From positions 1 through 26,234 of the IMG/VR virus record IMGVR_UViG_3300031707_003683: 26,234 nt of DNA. The stretch is one strand, 5' to 3'. Position numbers and translations under genes: made by a program. How positions within the stretch are numbered: the first letter of the stretch is position 1; every line of letters starts with the position of its first letter. Source of the stretch: a virus (lineage: Duplodnaviria > Caudoviricetes). The notes beneath the pieces are model-generated. The model did not search any database. It saw nothing but the letters and a program-made list of their open reading frames with translations, and was not told the origin of the DNA. Shown piece by piece: positions 18,206-25,972 of this stretch.

Positions 18206-19375
18206 ATGGCTACTGATAAAATAAAAGAATTCTTTAAGTCCTTTGAAAGCGCTGATGAGAAAATTAGCTTTAGGATGGCGCATGAAAATATTGGCCAAAT
18301 AATACCGGCTATTTCAACCGGATCTCTTTTGCTAGATGATGCCTTGTCTTGCGGAGGAGTTCCTAAAGGCCGAATTACTCAGTATTACGGTCCAACAGGT
18401 AGTGGGAAAACCCTCCTCTCTATGTTAGCCATCAAAAATGCTCAGATTGATGATCCTGAGTCAATTCAAATGTTTATTGACGTAGAGCAAACTTTTGATC
18501 CTAATTGGGCACAAAAACTAGGCTGTGATACGTCAAGAATATTGCTTGTTGATGGTGATACTGCTGTTTATGGCCGCGATTGTTTTGAGATGTTGCTTGG
18601 AGTTCCGAAGGCTGACGCTAAAACCCATGAATATGTTGGGCAGCAGAAACCAGGATTCTTAGATGAAATTTCTTCTGGTAACATTAATTGTAATTTAATT
18701 ATTTATGATTCTGTTGGGGCGTGCATTCCTCCTGGCGAAGATACCTCGGCTATTGGCAAAATGAATATGTCTTTGCTTGCCAGGTTTTTAACAACTACAT
18801 TTAGAAAGCTATCTTTGTCTGTTGCTCGCGCTAATATTCCTTTTATTTGCATTAATCATAAAAGAGATAATATGGAGAAGTATGGAATGGATCATACTTT
18901 TAGCGGAGGAAATACTTATGCTCATTCATTAAGTGCTAACGTTTATTTTGAGAGAATTAACCGCAAAGACTCGGCTGTATTAGATAAGAATGAAGAGGTT
19001 GTTGGAACTTTAATTAGAGGAAGCGTGGAGAAGAGTAAATTCGGAAATTGGCCAAGAAAATGTGAATTTACCGTAGATTTTAATACCGGAGTAATAAACC
19101 TTCATGAAGAAATTGCTCAGCTTGCTATCAAGTATGACGTTGTGAAAAGGCCAACGTCAATGAGCTATGAGTATAAAGATCAGAAATGGGTTGGGGCTCC
19201 TAAGTTTAATTCGGCGATTTTAGAAAGCCCAGAACTTGCAGAAGAGCTTAAAAAAGAAATCGTCGAGGCCCGCAATGGCAACGTATCTAAGCAAAAAGAA
19301 GAAGCAGAACAACGCACAGTTCAAGTAGCGGAAAAAGCCGTTAGAGGCAGACCTAAAAAGTCAAAAGAGGAGTGA
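18206..19375 (+). CDS. recA: RecA/UvsX-family recombinase
   Basis: ISTGSLLLD.AL..GGVPKGRI, Walker A GPTGSGKT, FIDVEQ, Walker B IIYDSV, AR.L, SGG, KSK. Confidence 0.95.
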   Translation: MATDKIKEFFKSFESADEKISFRMAHENIGQIIPAISTGSLLLDDALSCGGVPKGRITQYYGPTGSGKTLLSMLAIKNAQIDDPESIQMFIDVEQTFDPNWAQKLGCDTSRILLVDGDTAVYGRDCFEMLLGVPKADAKTHEYVGQQKPGFLDEISSGNINCNLIIYDSVGACIPPGEDTSAIGKMNMSLLARFLTTTFRKLSLSVARANIPFICINHKRDNMEKYGMDHTFSGGNTYAHSLSANVYFERINRKDSAVLDKNEEVVGTLIRGSVEKSKFGNWPRKCEFTVDFNTGVINLHEEIAQLAIKYDVVKRPTSMSYEYKDQKWVGAPKFNSAILESPELAEELKKEIVEARNGNVSKQKEEAEQRTVQVAEKAVRGRPKKSKEE

Positions 19376-19381
19376 CAAATA

Positions 19382-19705
19382 ATGACAGACCAAGGACCAT
19401 TTATGGCTGGAAATATGCCGAAACCAGCTAACAGATCAGCTAATAAGCCGGTATATCTGTTGAAGGCCGAAGACCCAACAGTTAAAGAAAAAGTAGTCTT
19501 ATATAAAGTATCTTCTATAGATCGTTTTGGAGACTACATCTCAATAAAAGGAATAGAGCTTTCAAAAGCGCAAGTAAAACAAGTAAAAGAAAATGCACAC
19601 GTAAGTATAGTCGGAAGGGAAATCAATATTGAAATCCCATGGCACAGAGTAATTAGCATAGAAAACCTAACGTATAAGTTAGCGCAAACAGGAGAAACAA
19701 AATGA
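19382..19705 (+). CDS. hypothetical protein (107 aa)
   Basis: GAGGAG SD; ATGA overlap with the next gene. Confidence 0.75.
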   Translation: MTDQGPFMAGNMPKPANRSANKPVYLLKAEDPTVKEKVVLYKVSSIDRFGDYISIKGIELSKAQVKQVKENAHVSIVGREINIEIPWHRVISIENLTYKLAQTGETK

Positions 19706-20406
19706 CAACACAGTATAAATTCGGACTCTCATCATTCTCAGAAAAGGCCCCTTCATTTGGTCAGAAACAAGACCGTTCTGATGGACCGCGCATTCCCTTC
19801 ATTAAGCTAAAAGAGGGAAATAACGTAATCCGCATCATCACCGAGCCTTATAAGTATTACATGGCCCGATTTAAGGCAGATGAAGATGAGAAAGGGTTCG
19901 GCACTCGTATTAACTTTAGCGAGCCAACTGATGCTTGCCCACTCAAGAAAGCCGGATATTCACCTAAGGCCCGCTGGTTAGTTGGAATTATTGATCGCGC
20001 AGAAAGTCAAGTAGCGATTTATGATTTTAGCGTTCTAATATATGAGCCTTTGAACAACTTGAACGACGACCTTGAATGGGGTTCACCTACGGGATATGAC
20101 GTAACAATTCGTAAAAACAGTAAAGCCCCGCCCGCATCGTTCTATAGCATAATGCCTCGTGGTAAAAGTCCATTATCAGCTTCAGACATTGCCTTAAGAG
20201 ACGCAAATGTAGAGAAGCTTAATGAGACTTTGGTTAGACTTACAACTCCGCCTAGTGCAGAGAAGGTTCTAGCCAAGATGCAAGAGGCTGGGTACAAGGG
20301 TGGCGTTGTGGTCACTCCTAAGTATGCCAAGTCAAACGGTAAGGCAGAATTAGCTTCCGCATCAGATGATGATTATAATTTTGATCGTCCGTCTGCCCAA
20401 GCCTAA
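19702..20406 (+). CDS. gp32-like single-stranded DNA-binding protein
   Basis: FIKLKEG.NVIRI, GYDVTI.K and acidic/aromatic tail DDDYNFD; AGGAG SD; followed by a terminator. Confidence 0.75.
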   Translation: MTTQYKFGLSSFSEKAPSFGQKQDRSDGPRIPFIKLKEGNNVIRIITEPYKYYMARFKADEDEKGFGTRINFSEPTDACPLKKAGYSPKARWLVGIIDRAESQVAIYDFSVLIYEPLNNLNDDLEWGSPTGYDVTIRKNSKAPPASFYSIMPRGKSPLSASDIALRDANVEKLNETLVRLTTPPSAEKVLAKMQEAGYKGGVVVTPKYAKSNGKAELASASDDDYNFDRPSAQA

Positions 20407-20425
20407 TAAGCAAAATGATTGATAT

Positions 20426-20460
20426 AAAAGGACGGTCTTAACGGGCCGTCCTTTTGTTTT
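20426..20460 (+). terminator. intrinsic (probably bidirectional) terminator
   Basis: AAAAGGACGGTC-TTAACG-GGCCGTCCTTTT hairpin (one G-U pair) followed by GTTTT. Confidence 0.88.
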
Positions 20461-20473
20461 AATAGAGGTAGTT

Positions 20474-21190
20474 ATGAGCGGGTTAAAAAAATGTTCAGGA
20501 ACAAATTCTTGCGGGCTAAAAAAAGAACTTAACAATGATAATTTTGTTTGGCGCAATGATTCTAATAAATGGCGCCCTCAATGCAGAGATTGCGTAAATG
20601 AAAATGATAAAAAGCGCGGTAAAATATATAGAGAGCTACATAGTGAGGTCGCTCAAAAATATAGAGATAATCATAAAGGCGAAACTAGACAGTATAAAGA
20701 TAGTCACAAAAACGAAATAAAAGAATATAATAAAGAATATAAAAACAGCCACGCCGAATATTACAAGGAATATCAAAAGAAATATACAAAAGAAAGGCGT
20801 AAAAATGATCTTTGGTTTAGAACTCGCCACGATATTAGCATTGCAGTAAATCGTGCAATAAAACTAAATCGTCAATATAAAAAAGGGTCTATAACTGATT
20901 ACTTAAATATAGGTAAAATGATAGAGTGTTTAAAATCTAAATATGAGTGGTGGATGACTGACAAAAATCAAGGTGTATATAATCCTAAAACATGGGATGA
21001 TAATGACCCTAGTACTTGGACATGGCAAATAGATCACATTATTCCTCAATCAGATCTTCCGTACACAGAAATGTCACACGATCCTGAATCTAACTTTCAA
21101 AAATGCTGGGCTTTGGACAACATTAGGCCGTTAAGCGCCAAAATAAACATATTAGATGGCGTTACTAGGGCTAGACATAAAAAGAGGTGA
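20474..21190 (+). CDS. putative HNH-family (HNN) homing endonuclease with N-terminal zinc finger
   Basis: N-terminal C..C/CRDC; ~11-aa KxYxxxH repeats; WQIDHIIP...CWALDNIRPL...N; GAGGT SD. Confidence 0.75.
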   Translation: MSGLKKCSGTNSCGLKKELNNDNFVWRNDSNKWRPQCRDCVNENDKKRGKIYRELHSEVAQKYRDNHKGETRQYKDSHKNEIKEYNKEYKNSHAEYYKEYQKKYTKERRKNDLWFRTRHDISIAVNRAIKLNRQYKKGSITDYLNIGKMIECLKSKYEWWMTDKNQGVYNPKTWDDNDPSTWTWQIDHIIPQSDLPYTEMSHDPESNFQKCWALDNIRPLSAKINILDGVTRARHKKR

Positions 21191-21196
21191 TATATA
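21188..21196 (+). promoter_or_regulatory. TGATATATA candidate -10 element (also at 6307-6315 and 16590-16598)
   Basis: Same 9-mer at three gene junctions; here TATATA lies 6 nt before ATG 21203. Confidence 0.4.
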
Positions 21197-21202
21197 CTAG
21201 GT

Positions 21203-21778
21203 ATGCGAGTACTAGGGCTAGATGCCAGTTCGACAACTATTGGAATTTCCCTTTTGTCAACAGATAGTGATTCAAAAATTATTTTAGAACATCAAGAATT
21301 TTACAAACCGCCAAAAGAAGGGTCTATATTTGAGCGTTTATCAACTACTAAAGACTTTATATGTAAAAAAATAATCGAGTTAAGGCCGGACGAAGTGGCT
21401 ATTGAGGATATAATTCAATTTATGAAGGGTGCTTCTGGGGCAAAAACAATAATTTTATTAGCTATATTTAATAGAACTATTGGGCTGGCTTGTTTTGATC
21501 TATTAAATAAAGATCCTGTATTATTAAGTGTAATGAAAATTAGACATAAACTAAAATTTAATAAGCAATTTCCTAAGAAAGAAGATATGCCAGAGATAGT
21601 TGCAAAACATTTAAATATTGACTTTCCTTATTATTATGTATTTGATAAAAATGGAAATATAAAAAAAAATAAAACTGGAGATAATAAAATTATGGTAGAA
21701 AGTTTTGATGTTGCTGATTCAATTGCGGCGGCATTAACGTTAATCTTAGAAAAAAAAACAATCAAAATAGGGAGATAA
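21203..21778 (+). CDS. ruvC: RuvC-like Holliday junction resolvase
   Basis: VLGLDAS..IG, VAIED and DVADS catalytic acidic motifs of the RNase H/RuvC fold. Confidence 0.85.
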   Translation: MRVLGLDASSTTIGISLLSTDSDSKIILEHQEFYKPPKEGSIFERLSTTKDFICKKIIELRPDEVAIEDIIQFMKGASGAKTIILLAIFNRTIGLACFDLLNKDPVLLSVMKIRHKLKFNKQFPKKEDMPEIVAKHLNIDFPYYYVFDKNGNIKKNKTGDNKIMVESFDVADSIAAALTLILEKKTIKIGR

Positions 21779-21780
21779 CT

Positions 21781-22137
21781 ATGGGATTTCAATTATACTG
21801 TAACAATAAGGGATGTTTTAAGCAAGGAGAACACGTAGTAGATAAATTAACAAACAATGTAATTTGCGTAGAATGTGGGAAAAATATAGATAACATTACT
21901 GATTTTACTAAACGGCAAATGGTTTCTTTAGGACAGGTAAAGAAAACTGAAAAAACTAAGCAAGCTTGGTCTGTTAAGTGCGAGGCGTGTCTTAAAGAGA
22001 CACCTCCTAAGCTAAGTAAAGATAATAAGCTGGTTTGTGGCGGTTGTGCAAAAGAGTTAACTAAATTAGCCAGACCATTTGCCGATATGATCAAGCAGAA
22101 CCTTATATCTTTAGGTAAGGCTAATCAGCGGTCATGA
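21781..22137 (+). CDS. double zinc-ribbon protein
   Basis: CNNKGC, CVEC, CEAC, CGGC; GGGAG SD; ATGA overlap with the primase core. Confidence 0.75.
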   Translation: MGFQLYCNNKGCFKQGEHVVDKLTNNVICVECGKNIDNITDFTKRQMVSLGQVKKTEKTKQAWSVKCEACLKETPPKLSKDNKLVCGGCAKELTKLARPFADMIKQNLISLGKANQRS

Positions 22138-22934
22138 AATCAATACAAATCGAAGAACAGTCAAAGCTCTTCGAGGATGTAGTTAGTTCATGTCAATATA
22201 TTTTGAAAAACGATGCTATTGCTGCGTCCGCTAGAGAATATCTAGACTCCAGAATTCCAAAAAGCTTCCAAGACAAATTTAAATTCGGTTATTTCCCTGC
22301 CAATGACCAGCTTAGTTTTATTAGCTCTCTTGTGGACAAAGATATATTAAAAAAACTAGGCCTAATATATCCTAAGTATTTGTCGGGCGGAGTTACTCAT
22401 AACGGACATTTTACACATCATAATTTAATATTCCCATTTTCAGATATGTATGGAAATATTATAGCTCTAGTAGGCAGAACATTATTTGATAAGCAAAAAC
22501 AAGACGCGCTAGAAATACCTAAGTACAAATATTCTTACGGTTTAAATAAAGAGTTGTATTTGTTTGGACTTGATTCGTCGCGCCAAAGTATAATTGAAAA
22601 AGATTATGTTATTTTGGTTGAGGGGCAGTTTGATTATTATTCTTGTAAATGTGCAGGAATAGATAATGTTGTTGCTTTGGGAGGGACCGCATTATCACGG
22701 TATCAGTTTTTTAAATTACGAAGATATACTAATAATTTCGTCCTCTTATTAGATAGTGATGAATCTGGTAGGCGTGCTTCAAAAAATATTAAGAGAAATT
22801 TTGGAGATTATGCAAGAATTATAATTAGTCAACCTCCCAGCGAATTTAAGGATATTGATGATTTTCTTATCAAAGAAGCTGATATATCTAGACGTAATCA
22901 TTTTATAAATAATTTGAATAACTTAAGGCTGTAG
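22134..22934 (+). CDS. dnaG: DnaG-type primase catalytic core (N-terminal catalytic subdomain plus TOPRIM) without zinc-binding domain
   Basis: AREYL.SR, FGYFP, LIFP..D..G.II...GR, PKY, LFGL, VEGQFD, VALGGT, LDSDESG, KDIDDF. Confidence 0.9.
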   Translation: MKSIQIEEQSKLFEDVVSSCQYILKNDAIAASAREYLDSRIPKSFQDKFKFGYFPANDQLSFISSLVDKDILKKLGLIYPKYLSGGVTHNGHFTHHNLIFPFSDMYGNIIALVGRTLFDKQKQDALEIPKYKYSYGLNKELYLFGLDSSRQSIIEKDYVILVEGQFDYYSCKCAGIDNVVALGGTALSRYQFFKLRRYTNNFVLLLDSDESGRRASKNIKRNFGDYARIIISQPPSEFKDIDDFLIKEADISRRNHFINNLNNLRL

Positions 22935-22940
22935 GAGAAA

Positions 22941-23951
22941 ATGACCGGGTACAGAAAATATAATTGTGATGATCATTTTTTTAAACAAGAATCTGAAGAG
23001 GCTTTTTATTGGGCCGGGTTTATTGCTGCTGATGGGTGCCTTCATATTAGCAAGCGTAACTCATATCAGGTAATTATTAATTTATCAGTAAAAGATCACG
23101 CTCATGTTGAAAAATTTAAAAAATCAATATTTGCCGAAAACCCAGTAATAAAAACAAAAACACACTCAAGAATAAGCGTATGTTCCAAAATAATGTTTGA
23201 TGATTTAGCTAAATTTGGTATTGGCCCGCGAAAAACACACACTCATAAATTTCCTGAGTGGCTGGCTAATCATAAGTTAGTAAATCATTTTATGCGTGGT
23301 TATTTTGATGGTGATGGCGGGTTTTATTTAAGCACAGGAGGCTATACTCACCAAATGACCTCTAGAATTTGCGGCACAATAAGTTTTTTAAATACATACC
23401 GCAATATATTAATTAATAATAGAATATCTAAAACGCCAAAGTCATATATGTATAATGGGCAAGGGGCTTTAAATTATTCTGGAAATGTACAAAATTTAAA
23501 ACTGTCAACGTTTTTATACGACAATTCTACAATTTGGTTAGAAAGAAAATATAAACAACATTTACAGCTATTGTCTTTAGTTGCATATCCAGATAAAATA
23601 ACAAAGGAAAAATTAATAGATTCTTATAAGCGACTAGGCTCTTGTGAAGCTGTCGGTAAAGAACTTGGATATAATCACTCAAGTGTCTCTTTGTTAATTA
23701 AAAAATTTGGAATTACAGATATTTACAAGTATAATAAAAGAAAAATTAGTGTAAAAACAGGATTCACAAAGGAAATACTTATAAATGAAATATTGACACT
23801 AAAAAGCCCACAACTAATAGCTAATAAATATAAGTGCTCTTTGTCTACGGTGTATTTGTCTGCTAAGAAGTTTGGTGTAAATAATTTGTTTAATGGCCGC
23901 ACTTTAAATAGAGGTGTGCCAGGAGCGTTACAACAGGAGAAAAATGGCTGA
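22941..23951 (+). CDS. free-standing double-motif LAGLIDADG homing endonuclease with C-terminal HTH-like segments
   Basis: YWAGFIAADG and FMRGYFDGDG; LERK; C-terminal VGKELG and IANKYKCS..TV; AGGAG SD. Confidence 0.85.
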   Translation: MTGYRKYNCDDHFFKQESEEAFYWAGFIAADGCLHISKRNSYQVIINLSVKDHAHVEKFKKSIFAENPVIKTKTHSRISVCSKIMFDDLAKFGIGPRKTHTHKFPEWLANHKLVNHFMRGYFDGDGGFYLSTGGYTHQMTSRICGTISFLNTYRNILINNRISKTPKSYMYNGQGALNYSGNVQNLKLSTFLYDNSTIWLERKYKQHLQLLSLVAYPDKITKEKLIDSYKRLGSCEAVGKELGYNHSSVSLLIKKFGITDIYKYNKRKISVKTGFTKEILINEILTLKSPQLIANKYKCSLSTVYLSAKKFGVNNLFNGRTLNRGVPGALQQEKNG

Positions 23952-24816
23952 TAGAACTAATAACCGTAGCAATCATTACCAACATTATTTCGCTGAGCTA
24001 TCGTGCTCTCCTGAAATGTTAGCAGAACACGCTGAGGCAGAAGGAATGACTTCTACTGTCACTTCGGCTAAATATAATGATGAGCTTCATGATTTAAAAG
24101 ATCAACTCAAGAAAGAGTTCTGGAGATTAGTTAATAGCGAACTTACTGATAGACAAAAAGAAGTGATTAATTTGTACTCTCAAGGGTTTACTCAAATAGA
24201 GATTGCTAAACAGTTGGGAGTTAATCAATCGTCAATTACAAAATCCATAAACGGTAATTGCATAATTTACAGTCAAAATATAGATACAGAAATAGGCCAA
24301 ATTAAAATTGGGAAGCTTTATGATATATGGGCGGCTAAAGAAAAATTACCACTAGTAAAAACATACAATGAAAAAACTGAACAATTTGAATATAAAGAAA
24401 TAACATATGCTTGGAATCGTGGAAAAAAAGAAGTGATAAAAATTACTTGTGGAAATAGTACTATAGAATGCACTCCTGATCATAAATTTCTAACAAATAC
24501 GGGGTGGTTGGCAGCCCACGAATTAAATAGTGAAAATTATATTAAAACAACAACTGGGGCAATAAGTGGAGATTTTGTGGCAGTTGAAAAAAATGAAGTT
24601 GTATTAGTGGCGAAGGAGGTTTATGATATTGAGGTAAAAGACAATCATAATTTTATAGTTGATAGTTTGGTTGCGCATAATTGTGACTACAGAAATGGTC
24701 GCAAAATTTATGGGGGAGCGCGCAAAAAACTTCGTAAATTAGCAGAAAAGGATGAGCGTATAATAGCGATAGTTGCCAGAATATATGAGTTGCAAGAGGA
24801 AGAAGGAATATTTTAA
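23944..24816 (+). CDS. sigma-70 region-4-like HTH protein (149 aa after splicing) interrupted by a mini-intein
   Basis: AGGAG SD before ATG 23944; LTDRQKEVINLYSQGFTQIEIAKQLGVNQSSITK HTH; C-extein ARKKLRK. Confidence 0.85.
   Translation: MADRTNNRSNHYQHYFAELSCSPEMLAEHAEAEGMTSTVTSAKYNDELHDLKDQLKKEFWRLVNSELTDRQKEVINLYSQGFTQIEIAKQLGVNQSSITKSINGNCIIYSQNIDTEIGQIKIGKLYDIWAAKEKLPLVKTYNEKTEQFEYKEITYAWNRGKKEVIKITCGNSTIECTPDHKFLTNTGWLAAHELNSENYIKTTTGAISGDFVAVEKNEVVLVAKEVYDIEVKDNHNFIVDSLVAHNCDYRNGRKIYGGARKKLRKLAEKDERIIAIVARIYELQEEEGIF
24259..24681 (+). mobile_element. class-1 mini-intein (141 aa, no endonuclease domain)
   Basis: Block A C1 (CIIYSQ), block B TPDH (ECTPDHKFLT..GW), block F VYDIEV..NHNF, block G VAHN followed by Cys+1. 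Confidence 0.92.
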
Positions 24817-24825
24817 AGGAAATAT

Positions 24826-25833
24826 ATGGGGTATGGCGTTATTTATCTAATAACAAACAAAATTAATGGAAAGGTATATGTTGGGCAAACTACTGAAAAT
24901 GTCCCAGAGGACAGATGGGACAAACACATATCAAAAGCTAAATGTAAAAGCACAGATGAACTTTATTATTTTGGGCGGGCGATAAAAAAATATGGCTCAG
25001 AAAATTTTACGTTTGAAATTATAAAAGGAGAATGTACAGACGAAGATGATTTAACATATTGGGAAATTTACTATGTAAACTTTTATGATTCAATGAATAG
25101 AGAGAAGGGGTATAATACTAGAGAGCCTGGCAGCAGAGGTAAACATACAGAGGAAACAAAGGAAAAGCTTAGAATAGCAAATACTGGCAAAATTCTCACA
25201 GATGAGCATAAGAAAAAATTATCCTTAGCGCATACTGGCAAAAAACTTACTGAACAATGCAAGGCCAAAATGTCAGCGGTCAGAAAGGGTAGGCCATTAT
25301 CAGCCGAACATTGTGAGGCCATATCTACTGGTAGGACTGGTATTAAATTTTCAGAAGAGCATAAAAAGAATATGTCGCTTGTTAGAAGCGGTGAAAACAG
25401 CTCAACTGCTAAACTTACATGGGAACAAGTTAGAGCCATTAGAGAGGAATATGCAGGCGGAAATACATCAATAGGTGAACTGTCTGAAAAATATAATTCG
25501 GCAAATATTCTCTCTATAATTGATAATACTATTTGGATTGATCCTAATTATGATTGCTCTCAGGCCGAAAAAATAAAAGAAATAAACAAAATACCATCTG
25601 GAGAGCGTAATTCTCAGTGCAAACACACATGGGAAGAAATTAAGGCGCTCAGAGCAGAGAGTGATACAGATCCGTCTATTAGTTATACGAAGCTTGGAGA
25701 GAAATATAATATGGGACGAGTATCTGCTATGTTAATACTTAAAAATAGAACTTGGATTGATGAAAATTATGTGCCAGTTAAAGGCGCTATGGAAGATAAA
25801 TATAGTAATAAGGTACAAAAAAGCATAAAATGA
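24826..25833 (+). CDS. free-standing GIY-YIG homing endonuclease with NUMOD3 repeats
   Basis: GVIYLITNKINGKVYVGQT, R..H, E, GYN; five ~17-aa repeats (e.g. LTDEHKKKLSLAHTG); two GE....K.TWE HTH-like modules. Confidence 0.9.
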   Translation: MGYGVIYLITNKINGKVYVGQTTENVPEDRWDKHISKAKCKSTDELYYFGRAIKKYGSENFTFEIIKGECTDEDDLTYWEIYYVNFYDSMNREKGYNTREPGSRGKHTEETKEKLRIANTGKILTDEHKKKLSLAHTGKKLTEQCKAKMSAVRKGRPLSAEHCEAISTGRTGIKFSEEHKKNMSLVRSGENSSTAKLTWEQVRAIREEYAGGNTSIGELSEKYNSANILSIIDNTIWIDPNYDCSQAEKIKEINKIPSGERNSQCKHTWEEIKALRAESDTDPSISYTKLGEKYNMGRVSAMLILKNRTWIDENYVPVKGAMEDKYSNKVQKSIK

Positions 25834-25972
25834 CAATAGATATACTAAACCCAATAAATATTAAAATTTATGAACAAATCCTAAGCCTGAAAATGAAATA
25901 TTTACGGATGGTATAGTTAGAGTTTGTAAAGATTTTATCTGCGAGTGCTTTACCCCTCTACTTGAAAGACGC

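Noticed and set aside
1675-19267. Other GTCGAG hexamers (about 1675, 2089, 10963, 19262)
   Set aside because: Inside coding sequence and lacking the CTT extension; not counted as motif copies
12976-19375. Inteins in dnaE or recA
   Set aside because: Lengths are normal and no Hint motifs (TxxH, HN-C/S/T) were seen
23914-23943. GTG start at 23914 for the region-4 protein
   Set aside because: ATG 23944 has a well-spaced AGGAG SD and a smaller overlap with the LAGLIDADG gene
25141-25395. Tandem ~51-nt periodicity as a DNA repeat or CRISPR
   Set aside because: Explained by NUMOD3 protein repeats; degenerate at DNA level with no spacers
659-25439. All minus-strand ORFs in the track and nested plus-strand ORF 10241-10441
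   Set aside because: They lie over well-supported plus-strand genes, lack motifs and have antisense-shadow composition
20407-25833. Group I introns housing the homing endonuclease ORFs
   Set aside because: Flanking genes look complete, gaps are too short for a ribozyme core, and no split exons were evident
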